55,560 nucleotides of DNA from Acidimicrobiales bacterium. GTDB lineage: Bacteria > Actinomycetota > Acidimicrobiia > Acidimicrobiales > RAAP-2. The DNA lies in the NCBI GenBank assembly GCA_037141235.1, contig JBAXCY010000001.1, forward strand, positions 1-55,560. The letters are read 5' to 3'. Positions 8,801-17,425 of this stretch are shown here, piece after piece. The notes under the pieces were generated by a model. That model did no database searches and was not told the DNA's origin. It saw only the letters and a list, made by a program, of their open reading frames with translations. The translations under genes were made by a program, and so were the position numbers. Position 1 is the stretch's first letter; each line of letters begins with the position of its first letter.

Positions 8801-9829
8801 ATGCTCCAGCTCACCATCGTGGTCCCGGCCTTCAATGAGGCGCACCGCCTCGAAGCTGGCATGCAGCGGTTCGAGGCGGCCGTATCGGCAGGTGCCATCG
8901 ACCTCGAGCAGACCGAGCTGGTGGTCATCGACGATGGCAGCACCGACCAGACGGCGGCCGAGGCCACCAAACTGCTGGCTGGCATCCCTCACCACCGGGT
9001 GATCCGTCTGCCGTTCAACCAGGGCAAGGGGGCCGCAGTCCGGACTGGGGTGGCCAGCGCACGCTCGCTGTACACGGCCTACATGGACGCCGACATGGCC
9101 ATCGATCCGATGGCCATTCCGCTTCTCCTCGATGGACTCGAAGACCACGACCTGGCTATCGGGTGCCGCGCCCTGCCCGATTCGATGGTCGAGACCACCT
9201 ATGTGGTGCGCTCGTTGATGGGACGCCTGTTCAACGAGTTGGTGACTTCGGGCACCGGACTCGGCCTGAAGGACACCCAGTGCGGGTTCAAGGCGCTGCG
9301 CACGCCGGTGGCCCGCCTCCTCTTCCACCTGGTTCGCATCGACCGCTTCGCCTTCGACGTGGAGATCCTGGCCCGGGCCCGCCGACTCGGCCTCACCATT
9401 ACTGAAGTCCCGGTCCACTGGAAGCATGTCGAGGGCAGCACCGTCCACCCCCTCCATGACTCGGTCACCATGCTTCGAGACGTCTACCGCTCGAGGCGAG
9501 GGATGCTGACCGGCCCCCCGGTGCCGACCCTCACCGTTCGTCCGGCTGATGGTGGTGCTTCTGTTGCGGTTCTGGCTGGGCAGGTATCGGCGATCCTGGC
9601 CGAGGTGCTCGACGGCGCCCCGGTTCCAGTGATCCCGGACGGAACGGGCGTGACCGCTCTGCTGGCCATGGTCGACCCGGCCGACGTTTCCGTGGCCCAT
9701 GAGGCACTACGCCTCCAGACGGTACCCGCAGAGGTAGCGCGACGGGCCCTGACACTCGACGGTCTGGCCCACTTCGGACCGCTGGCCGGGCTCCTCGATG
9801 CAGCCGGTGCGAAGCCATCTGGCCGATAG
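8801..9829 (+). CDS. Family 2 glycosyltransferase (polyprenyl-phosphate sugar synthase-like) with an uncharacterised C-terminal domain
   Basis: 'LTIVVPAFNEAHRL...LVVIDDGSTDQT...AYMDADMA...QCGFKALR' is the GT2 (DxD) core. ATG at 8801 is preferred over the GTG at 8768, which overlaps the upstream gene. The last about 110 aa show no recognisable motif. Confidence 0.75.
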   Translation: MLQLTIVVPAFNEAHRLEAGMQRFEAAVSAGAIDLEQTELVVIDDGSTDQTAAEATKLLAGIPHHRVIRLPFNQGKGAAVRTGVASARSLYTAYMDADMAIDPMAIPLLLDGLEDHDLAIGCRALPDSMVETTYVVRSLMGRLFNELVTSGTGLGLKDTQCGFKALRTPVARLLFHLVRIDRFAFDVEILARARRLGLTITEVPVHWKHVEGSTVHPLHDSVTMLRDVYRSRRGMLTGPPVPTLTVRPADGGASVAVLAGQVSAILAEVLDGAPVPVIPDGTGVTALLAMVDPADVSVAHEALRLQTVPAEVARRALTLDGLAHFGPLAGLLDAAGAKPSGR

Positions 9830-9867
9830 CAGCCAAAGCCGGATACCTTGCGAGTACCATCGACCAG

Positions 9868-10914
9868 GTGAGTGATGATCCAAGCGATATGAGGGGAGCG
9901 GCGCCCTCAGCCACCGGTTCGGCCGCTCAGTCATCTGGAGGGCCGGACGACCGCGACCTCATCGACGCCATCGTCGACCGTGTCTCCCCAACTCCATCGA
10001 CCGCATCGACCGACTGGGCGGCTGCGGTCGAAGACCTACCCGAGACCACTGGAGCTAGCCTTTCCTACTTGCCCGTGGCTGCCCCCCGGCGCCCGATGGT
10101 GGACGAAGACGTCGAAGGGTTCGAGGACCCTCGACGATCCGACGTCGACGAGTGGGGCCGCAGCGAGCACATGCGCTCGATCATCCGCCGCCTCTACGAC
10201 CCGATCTACCGGCACTGGTTCCGTGTGGAGTGGGAGGGCCTGGAGAAGATCCCGACCGATGGTGGCGCGCTGCTCATCGCCAACCATGCCGGAGCCGTCC
10301 CTTCGGATGCTCCCGCCATCATGCATGGCATCGAGACCGAGCTTGGACGGCCCGTCTACGGCTTGGCTGACTACTTCTTCCGGACCGTCCCCGTGCTCGG
10401 CACCATGTGGTCACGATCGGGTGGCGTCCCCGCCCATCCCGACAACGCCTATCGCATCCTCCACGACCAGCAGCAGTTGGCGCTGGTATTTCCGGAAGGT
10501 ACCAAGGCCACCTCGAAGACGTACGCCGACCGCTACCGGCTGCGGAGGTTCGGACGAGGCGGATTCGTGGAGCTAGCCATGCGAGCCGGTGTGCCGATCA
10601 TCCCCATCGCTGTGGTCGGCGCCGAGGAGTCGATGCCCATCGTGTTCCGCCTCACCAAGGTGGCCAAGGCGCTCAACCTTCCGTACTTCCCGGTCACGGC
10701 CAACTCGCTCCTGCTCGGCCCGTTGGGCTACGTGACGTACTTTCCGGCCAAGTTCAAACTGCGGGTCCTCGACCCGATCACCTTCGATGTGGAACCTGGC
10801 CTCGATCGCTACTCACGCAGCAGGGTGATGGATGAGGCCGAGCGCATCAGAGCATCGATGCAGGACACCCTCCACGACATGCTGCGCGAACGCCGCAGCA
10901 TCTGGTTCGGTTGA
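9868..10914 (+). CDS. Lysophospholipid/glycerol-3-phosphate acyltransferase family protein (PlsC-like)
   Basis: 'GALLIANHAGAVPSD' (H-box variant) and 'LVFPEGTKATSK' blocks. About 100-aa acidic, disordered N-terminus. Start uncertain. Confidence 0.7.
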   Translation: MSDDPSDMRGAAPSATGSAAQSSGGPDDRDLIDAIVDRVSPTPSTASTDWAAAVEDLPETTGASLSYLPVAAPRRPMVDEDVEGFEDPRRSDVDEWGRSEHMRSIIRRLYDPIYRHWFRVEWEGLEKIPTDGGALLIANHAGAVPSDAPAIMHGIETELGRPVYGLADYFFRTVPVLGTMWSRSGGVPAHPDNAYRILHDQQQLALVFPEGTKATSKTYADRYRLRRFGRGGFVELAMRAGVPIIPIAVVGAEESMPIVFRLTKVAKALNLPYFPVTANSLLLGPLGYVTYFPAKFKLRVLDPITFDVEPGLDRYSRSRVMDEAERIRASMQDTLHDMLRERRSIWFG

Positions 10915-10918
10915 TCTG

Positions 10919-11965
10919 ATGGGTCGACGCGTACTGATCACCGGACTCGACACGTTTTGGGGCGGGCGCATGGCTCAGGCGCTCGAAGCCAAGCCGGACG
11001 TCGAGATGATCCTCGGACTCGGAACCAAAGAGCCCCGGGTGCCGCTCGATCGCACCGAGTTCGTCCGGTCGGACCAGAAGTATTCGATCCTGAGCCGCAT
11101 CGTGCGGGCTACCCAGGTCGACACCATCGTCCACACCTTCCTCGAGACCAACTCAGTGACCGTGCCAGCACGGACGCTGCATGAGATCAACGTCATCGGC
11201 ACCCTCAACCTGCTGGCTGCCGCCGGCGCCAGCGGGACCTCGGTGCGCAAGGTCATCATCAAGTCCTCCACCCACGTCTACGGCTCGGCCGAGCAGGATC
11301 CGGCCTGGTTCAGCGAAGCGGACACCCGCACGGGGCCGGTGCGGACCAAACTCGAGCGGTCGCTCATCGAGGTGGAATCGCTCGTGCGCGACTTCACCGA
11401 CGACAACCCCCACCTGGCGGTCACCGTCCTGCGGTTCGCCAACGTGCTCGGGACTGACATCATCACCCCGATCAGCTACGACCTTCGTCGTCGGCTCCTC
11501 CCATGCATCGCCGGATTCGACCCCCTCGTGCAGTTCGTCGAGGAAGACGACGTTGTCCGCTCCCTCGAGTTCGTGACGGAGAATCGGATCCCCGGGGTGT
11601 TCAACGTGGCCGGCGAGGGAAAGATCCCCTGGAGCGAGGTGGCTGCGATCAGCGGTGCCCACCTACTGCCGCTCCCACCGTTCGGACCCCGCCTATTTGC
11701 CGCTCCGCTCGAGCGCCTGAGCCGGGTCCAGTTCCCACCGGAGATGGAGGGCCTAATGCGCTATGGACGCGGCGTGGACACCTCGAAGTTCCGTGAAGCC
11801 GGGTTCGACTACCGCTACTCGACGGCTGGGGCGGTTCGCAGCTTCGCTCGGGCCAACAACCTCCGGCGCGCCACTGGGTCGGTCCCCCCGGGGTATCGAT
11901 ACGAGCAAGATGTCGAGCAGTTCTTCCGACACTCGCCGGCCGTGGTCCGCGGCGTCGACGCCTGA
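10919..11965 (+). CDS. NAD-dependent epimerase/dehydratase family protein
   Basis: ATG 5 nt after the upstream stop. 'MGRRVLITGLDTFWGGRMAQAL' Rossmann start and 'SSTHVYG' (SDR-extended Tyr region). The track ORF start at 10832 overlaps the previous gene. Confidence 0.75.
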   Translation: MGRRVLITGLDTFWGGRMAQALEAKPDVEMILGLGTKEPRVPLDRTEFVRSDQKYSILSRIVRATQVDTIVHTFLETNSVTVPARTLHEINVIGTLNLLAAAGASGTSVRKVIIKSSTHVYGSAEQDPAWFSEADTRTGPVRTKLERSLIEVESLVRDFTDDNPHLAVTVLRFANVLGTDIITPISYDLRRRLLPCIAGFDPLVQFVEEDDVVRSLEFVTENRIPGVFNVAGEGKIPWSEVAAISGAHLLPLPPFGPRLFAAPLERLSRVQFPPEMEGLMRYGRGVDTSKFREAGFDYRYSTAGAVRSFARANNLRRATGSVPPGYRYEQDVEQFFRHSPAVVRGVDA

Positions 11966-12019
11966 ACCAGTTCGGACCGACTGGCCGCTACGGCCGATCC
12001 CCAGTAGCCCCGATCAGAG

Positions 12020-12646
12020 CTAGTACTGGCCCAGCCATTCCGCCCGCAGGGCGGGGGCCCGCACGGCCCACTCGTCGGAGATCATGGCGTAGCGCACATG
12101 GTCTTCCCACTCGCCGTTGATCTCCAGGAAGCCGATTGCTGTGCCCTCGTCGCGCAGCTCGAGCTTCTCGGCCACCCTCCGGCTCGAGGTGTTGCGGGGG
12201 ATGACGGCCACTTCCACCCGGTGCAGTCGCAGTGTCTCGAAGGCGAACTGGAGCACGACCACGACGGCTTCGGGTATCAGCCCCAAGCCGGCCAGGTCCT
12301 TGTCGATCCAGTAGCCGATGGCACCGTTCTGAAAGGGTCCACGTTGGATGGAGGACAGCGTGACCTCGCCGGCGAACCGTCCGTCGTAGAAGATCCCGAG
12401 ACCGAAACCGGATCCGAGCTGCCGCTCGCGCTCGCGCATGGAGCACCGGGCCTGAAAGCTCGACTTGTCCTCGGCTGGCAGTGGGGCTCCCTTGGATCGG
12501 GGCTCCCAGGGCACGAGCCAGTCGCGGCAGCGGTTCCGGACCTCCATCCATGCCTGGTAGTCGGACTCCACCAGGCTGCAGAGGCGAATGCGGCGGCCAG
12601 GGAGATCGAGCGAGCGGATCTGCGGGGACCGCAGGCTGGGGCTCAT
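12020..12646 (-). CDS. GNAT N-acetyltransferase, RimJ/RimL-like
   Basis: 208 aa. 'IGYWIDKDLAGLGLIPEAVVVVLQFAFETLRLHRVEVAVIPRNTSSRRVAEKLELRDEG' is the typical RimJ-type acetyl-CoA binding core. Confidence 0.8.
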   Translation of the reverse strand: MSPSLRSPQIRSLDLPGRRIRLCSLVESDYQAWMEVRNRCRDWLVPWEPRSKGAPLPAEDKSSFQARCSMRERERQLGSGFGLGIFYDGRFAGEVTLSSIQRGPFQNGAIGYWIDKDLAGLGLIPEAVVVVLQFAFETLRLHRVEVAVIPRNTSSRRVAEKLELRDEGTAIGFLEINGEWEDHVRYAMISDEWAVRAPALRAEWLGQY

Positions 12647-12923
12647 TGCACAGCCTCGCGGTCCATAGCCGTGCCAGGAGTCTCCATCACGGGCGTTCTC
12701 GCACTACACGGTCGCCCTGGGATCGCTGGCCATGGCCCGTTTCTGACCTGCGTCGATAACCCTGCCTGACCCCCGAGAACGTTCACCGAAACATCGTAGG
12801 TCACCTGCTATCGGCCAGGGCCAATTGTCAGGCTGGATCACCACCTTGGGTGGCGTCGTTGCCGCCTGCGACCCCACGTGACAATGAGTCGGCGAAATTC
12901 AGCGATGAGGTACAGTCGCCCCA

Positions 12924-14309
12924 ATGTCCACGGGTGCACGCCACGACGGACGCCCGTCCGCATCGCCTCGCGGCGGGTCCGGCCGCATCAGTTCGCTGAC
13001 GCGCCAAGCGGTGGCCGTTCTGCCGGAGGGAACCATTCCGGTATCCGTGGGCCTGATCATCACCGGAGCCACGGCCTATGCGTATCTGATCCTGACGGCC
13101 CGGGTGCTTGGTCCGGCAAAGTATGCGCCCTTGTCGGTGCTGTGGGCCATGGTGTTCCTCGTCGGTCCTGGCGTCTTCTTGCCGCTACAGCAAGAGGTGG
13201 GCCGACTCTTCGCCCAACGCAGGGTGGAAGGCGTAGGTGCAGGCCCGGTGGCTCGGCGTGCGGCGATCATCGGCGGGGCCCTCCTCGCATTCCTGCTCAC
13301 CGTGACAGCGGTAGCTGCGGTGCCGCTCGGACGGGCGCTCTTCGATAGCCAGTATCTCTTGGTGGCTGGCTTTGCGTGTGCACTGGTCGGCTATCTGCTT
13401 CTCAGCCTGACCTGGGGGGTCCTTGCCGGGAGCGGCCGATTCACTCCCTATGCCGTCGCCCTTAGCGCTGACGGAATCCTGCGAATCGCGGTCTGCGTCG
13501 TGCTGGCCATAGTGGGGGTGCAGACTGCCGGCCCCTACGGCCTGGTCATGGGGATCACCCCTGCCATCGCTGCACTGATCGCTATGCGAGGCAATACCGA
13601 CTTGCTCCAACCGGGTCCACCGGCGCCATGGGGAGACCTCTCTAGCGCGCTGGGCTGGCTCCTCGTGGGTTCGCTCGGTGCCCAGGCCCTGGCCAATGCC
13701 AGCATCGTCGCCGTGGAACTTCTAGCCAACAAGTCCCAACGCGCTGAAGCCGGAAACTTCCTGGCCGGAGTGGTCATCGCCAGGTTCCCGCTATTTCTGT
13801 TCGGGGCCGTCCAGGCCGCCCTCCTGCCTCGACTGGCGAGACTGAGCAGCGAAGGTCAGTACCGTCAGTTCCGGTCCGGGATGACGCGGCTGCTGTCCCT
13901 GGTGGCTGCCATCGCTGTCGTCTCCACCGTGGCGGCATTCCTGGTGGGCCCTTGGGCGCTCCAACTGCTCTTCGGCACAAAGTTCATCCTGAGCCGGGCC
14001 GATCTCACCATGCTGGCTGCGGGCAGCGGGTCCTACATGGTGGCCCTAGCAATCGTGCAGGCGTTGATCGCCTTGGGCCACCACGCTCGGTCCGCCATCG
14101 GCTGGATCGTTGGACTGGCCGTGTTCGTCGTAGTCACCGCTATGGGTACCACCTTGCTGGCCCGGATCGAACTCGGATTTGTGTCAGGGGCGATCGCCGC
14201 CCTCGTGGTGGCCGGGATCCTCCTGCTGGTGAGCATGCCGTCGAGCGATCAAGAGTTCGACCCCAAGTTGATGATGCTCCCCACCGCAGAGCTCGGCATT
14301 GAGCCCTGA
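12924..14309 (+). CDS. MOP-superfamily polysaccharide/oligosaccharide flippase (Wzx-like)
   Basis: 461 aa with about 12 TM helices and a two-lobe organisation. Sits in a glycan gene context. No sharp signature motif. Start uncertain. Confidence 0.6.
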   Translation: MSTGARHDGRPSASPRGGSGRISSLTRQAVAVLPEGTIPVSVGLIITGATAYAYLILTARVLGPAKYAPLSVLWAMVFLVGPGVFLPLQQEVGRLFAQRRVEGVGAGPVARRAAIIGGALLAFLLTVTAVAAVPLGRALFDSQYLLVAGFACALVGYLLLSLTWGVLAGSGRFTPYAVALSADGILRIAVCVVLAIVGVQTAGPYGLVMGITPAIAALIAMRGNTDLLQPGPPAPWGDLSSALGWLLVGSLGAQALANASIVAVELLANKSQRAEAGNFLAGVVIARFPLFLFGAVQAALLPRLARLSSEGQYRQFRSGMTRLLSLVAAIAVVSTVAAFLVGPWALQLLFGTKFILSRADLTMLAAGSGSYMVALAIVQALIALGHHARSAIGWIVGLAVFVVVTAMGTTLLARIELGFVSGAIAALVVAGILLLVSMPSSDQEFDPKLMMLPTAELGIEP

Positions 14310-14386
14310 TCCCGGGTTCGCGTCGAGCGTCTGGACCCAGGGCTGTGTCATGCTGACCAGCAAATCTGGAGCCAAAATCTGGAGCC

Positions 14387-15022
14387 ATGAGGGCAGGATC
14401 GAAGAGAGCTGGGAGTGCAGTGAGAGACGAACCGTTGATTGCCTCCACGGTGACCGTCGAGGACGGGGTCATCGTCGGCAGTGGGAGCGCCGTTTGGGAT
14501 CTGTCCACTCTGCGCTCCGGAGCCCGGATCGGTCAACGATGTGTCATCGGGCGAAATGTCTTCGTTGACACTGGGGTTGTCGTAGGCGACAACTGCAAGA
14601 TCCAGAACAACGCGCTGCTGTTCGCTCCAGCGGTACTCGGCAACGGGGTCTTCGTCGGCCCGGCTGCAATCCTCACTAATGATCGGAACCCAAGAGCGGT
14701 CAACCCCGACGGCTCGCTCAAGTCGGCCGACGATTGGGAATCGACCGGCATCACGATCGAGGATGGCGCATCGATCGGGGCGGGAGTCATCGTTGTCGCC
14801 GGCACCCGGATCGGATCCTGGGCGCTGGTAGCCGCCGGTGCGGTGGTCGCCTCCGATGTGCCGCCCTTTGCACTGGTCGCTGGAGTGCCGGCCCGTCGGA
14901 TCGGTTGGGTGGGGCGCACCGGACAGCGGCTCATCAAGAGTGGGCCCAGCAACTGGACCTGCGTTGACACGGGCGACCAGTTTGTCGAGAGGGAGCAACT
15001 ACTCCACAAGGTCGACGCATAA
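14387..15022 (+). CDS. Left-handed beta-helix (hexapeptide) sugar N-acetyltransferase, WbpD/WlbB-like
   Basis: Hexapeptide repeats 'VGSGSAVWDLSTLRSGARIGQRCVIGRNVFVDTGVVVGDNCKIQNN...IGAGVIVVAGTRIGSWALVAAGAVV...GVPARRIG'. Alternative in-frame GTG start at 14420, preceded by GGGAG. Confidence 0.75.
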   Translation: MRAGSKRAGSAVRDEPLIASTVTVEDGVIVGSGSAVWDLSTLRSGARIGQRCVIGRNVFVDTGVVVGDNCKIQNNALLFAPAVLGNGVFVGPAAILTNDRNPRAVNPDGSLKSADDWESTGITIEDGASIGAGVIVVAGTRIGSWALVAAGAVVASDVPPFALVAGVPARRIGWVGRTGQRLIKSGPSNWTCVDTGDQFVEREQLLHKVDA

Positions 15023-15030
15023 GGAGTTTG

Positions 15031-15050
15031 GTGTTGCCCCAGGGCAGCAC
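15031..15050. terminator. Possible bidirectional hairpin between convergent genes
   Basis: gtgttgcc-ccag-ggcagcac forms an 8-bp stem (one G-U pair) 8 nt after the acetyltransferase stop. No U-tract on either strand. Confidence 0.25.
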
Positions 15051-15120
15051 GACCTAGCCGCAACGCCCCGTGTGGGCATCGGGGTGGGTCCAGGCTGAGC
15101 GATCGGTGGCTCGGCCGGCG

Positions 15121-16068
15121 TCAGCCCCGACCCTCGTTGTTCATATCCATGAGGATCGAAGTCACCAGGAGCTGGAACCCGACGATCAGGGGTAGCACGA
15201 CCAGCATCACCGTGCCCGAACTCGGGCTCATGCCGTTCGCCACGCGGTTGTAGACGAGGAGCAAGCCGAATACCAGTCCGATGAACGATAAGAAGAGTCC
15301 ACTCAGCAGAAAGAGTGCCACCGGGTGGAAGCTCTGGAGGATGTACTTCCGATAGAGACGCCTCCAGAAGCCCACCCATACGGCACGCAGGGCGCGCACC
15401 GACGTGGGTAGGACCTTGATGGTCGAAGTCTCGTCGCCGTAGATCGCAGGGACCGGCACGTCGGCGATCTTTCCGCCGGCGATCGACAGCGCGATGAGCA
15501 TCGTGTTCTCATAGTCGTACCGCTCACCGATGTAGTAGAAATCCATCTTCTCCATGATGCGCCTCGTGAAGAATCCGTAGCCATTTTGGGTGTCTGATAT
15601 TGAGTAATAACCGGTAGAAAATTTAGTAAGCAGCGAAATAAAAATGTTCCCAATTTGCCGATATCGCGGCATCGCTTTCAGGGCATCTCGGTGAAAGAAG
15701 CGGTTGGCTTTGACGTAGTCCAACTTCTCGTCATCCAAGACCTCAAGCATCGATTCGATGTAGGTCGGATCACATTGAGCATCTCCAGCCAGTACGCCGA
15801 TGATGTCGGCGTCCGTAGTGGCCAACGCGTGTTTGAAGCCGTTGACGAGAGAGTATCCGATGCCGTGATTCCGATCGTTATCCAGGACGATCACCCGTGA
15901 GTCGTCTTTCGCCAACTGGTGCAGGACGTTCAACGTATCATCGGTACTACCATCATTTACCATAATGATTGTGTCCACAATAGTTGGCATTGTGGTCACC
16001 GTTTTTCCCGCTAACTTCTCCTCGTTATAGCAGGGTACGACAACGGCAACCTTGAGATTACGGAACAT
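15121..16068 (-). CDS. GT2 polyprenyl-phosphate glycosyltransferase, GtrB/ArnC-like, with two C-terminal TM helices
   Basis: Start at 'MFRNLKVAVVVPCYNEE', then 'MVNDGSTDDT' and 'LAGDAQCDP'. C-terminal TM pair 'FHPVALFLLSGLFLSFIGLVFGLLLV' and 'GTVMLVVLPLIVGFQLLVTSILMD'. The catalytic half is visibly AT-richer than its surroundings. Confidence 0.75.
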   Translation of the reverse strand: MFRNLKVAVVVPCYNEEKLAGKTVTTMPTIVDTIIMVNDGSTDDTLNVLHQLAKDDSRVIVLDNDRNHGIGYSLVNGFKHALATTDADIIGVLAGDAQCDPTYIESMLEVLDDEKLDYVKANRFFHRDALKAMPRYRQIGNIFISLLTKFSTGYYSISDTQNGYGFFTRRIMEKMDFYYIGERYDYENTMLIALSIAGGKIADVPVPAIYGDETSTIKVLPTSVRALRAVWVGFWRRLYRKYILQSFHPVALFLLSGLFLSFIGLVFGLLLVYNRVANGMSPSSGTVMLVVLPLIVGFQLLVTSILMDMNNEGRG

Positions 16069-16132
16069 ACTGGGAAGCCTATCTGCTTGGCATGGCCAAG
16101 CGGTTGACCTCACAGGGCGTGCTCCGCCGCCC

Positions 16133-16309
16133 CTACGGCTGGCGGCCGGTAGCGGCAAACAGGCTGCCCACGAACACAAGAATGCCGATCAAGGGAAGGA
16201 GGGCCACCAACCGCTCGGTTCTCGGTGCCTTCGCATGTCGATATCGCGAGTCACACGACCTGGTGCCGCCGGATGGGGACTCCAGAATCGCCAGATCTGC
16301 GGCCGTCAC
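16133..16309 (-). CDS. Candidate small single-pass membrane protein (58 aa), below the track length cut-off
   Basis: In the 257-bp gap between the aminotransferase stop and the GT2 start. A GTG-started frame reads (M)TAADLAILESPSGGTRSCDSRYRHAKAPRTERLVALLPLIGILVFVGSLFAATGRQP*. One clear TM helix. Third-position G/C is high by eye. No homology recognisable. Confidence 0.25.
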   Translation of the reverse strand: MTAADLAILESPSGGTRSCDSRYRHAKAPRTERLVALLPLIGILVFVGSLFAATGRQP

Positions 16310-16324
16310 TGGCTTTCCACAGAC

Positions 16325-17425
16325 CTAGTCCCCAAGTAGATCGGCCAACGTGGAGGCAACCAGGTCGACGTCGGCTTGACCGAGCCACTGATGCACCGGC
16401 AAGGAAAGTACTTCCTGGGCGGCCGAGCTGGCTCGGGTCACCGAGGAGACGGACACCTGGGGGTGGTCCCGGTAGCAGTCGTAGTCGTGAGTCATCTTCG
16501 GGTAGTAGATGCCCGACTCGATGCCCGCCTCCAGTAGTTGGGCGGCAATGCTGTCGCGATCTACCCGGGCATCGGCAGTAACCCGGACGGTGAACTGGTG
16601 GTTCACGTGACGTCGTCCTGGGGGTTCGACCGGCACCTCCAATCCGCGTACACCGGCAAGCGCCTCACGCAACATGGCGGCATTGCGTCGGCGTAGTTCA
16701 GTCCACTCCTCGAGGTGAGGAAGCTGCGACAGTCCCACCGCTGCCTGCAGCTCGGTCATGCGGTAGTTGTGTCCGGGTATCACGTACTCGTACCGAGCCC
16801 GCATGCCCTGATTGCGGAGAATCCTCAATCGGTCGGCAATATCGGCGTCGTTCGTCGTGATGATGCCTCCCTCCCCGGCAGTGACATTCTTTGTGGCGTA
16901 GAAAGAGAAGCAGCCGAGGCCCCATGAGCCGACCGCCCGTCCGTCGATCTGTGCTCCGTGCGCTTGGGCTGCGTCCTCGATGATCCCCAGTCCGGCACCG
17001 TCAGCGAGCTCCTGCAGCCGACCCATGTCCGCGGGGCAACCGTAGAGGTGCACCGGCATGATCGCCCGCGTCCTCGGACCGATCGCTTCGGCCACTGCGT
17101 CCGGATCGATCGTGAAGTCGTGCGGATCGATGTCAACGAGGCGCGCCACTGCACCTGCCTCGAGGATCGCGTTGAGCGTGGCCACGAAAGTGAACGGCGT
17201 GGTGATGATCTCATCACCCGGCCCGACCCCAAGGGCCTGGATGGCCGCCACCAGTGCCGTAGTCCCGTTGTTGACTGCGACGGCGTGTGAAGTCTGGGCG
17301 ATCGCCGCGAACGTCTCCTCGAACTGGGCGACCATTGGCCCCTGGGCCAGCCTGCCAGAACGCACGACTTCGAGCACCAGCCGCTCTGCCTCCTCATCGA
17401 GCCGGACTTCGGTGAGGCGGATCAT
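16325..17425 (-). CDS. DegT/DnrJ/EryC1/StrS family sugar aminotransferase (PLP-dependent)
   Basis: 'AVAVNNGTTALVAAIQAL', 'ITTPFTFVAT', 'IIEDAAQAHG', 'SFYATKNVTAGEGG' (PLP Lys). ATG at 17425 overlaps the upstream stop as ATGA. Confidence 0.85.
   Translation of the reverse strand: MIRLTEVRLDEEAERLVLEVVRSGRLAQGPMVAQFEETFAAIAQTSHAVAVNNGTTALVAAIQALGVGPGDEIITTPFTFVATLNAILEAGAVARLVDIDPHDFTIDPDAVAEAIGPRTRAIMPVHLYGCPADMGRLQELADGAGLGIIEDAAQAHGAQIDGRAVGSWGLGCFSFYATKNVTAGEGGIITTNDADIADRLRILRNQGMRARYEYVIPGHNYRMTELQAAVGLSQLPHLEEWTELRRRNAAMLREALAGVRGLEVPVEPPGRRHVNHQFTVRVTADARVDRDSIAAQLLEAGIESGIYYPKMTHDYDCYRDHPQVSVSSVTRASSAAQEVLSLPVHQWLGQADVDLVASTLADLLGD

Noticed and set aside
15540-16068. The AT-richer patch as a mobile genetic element or genomic island.
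   Set aside because: I saw no integrase, transposase, flanking direct or inverted repeats, or tRNA junction. The patch is confined to part of one gene, so it is reported only as a compositional mosaic.
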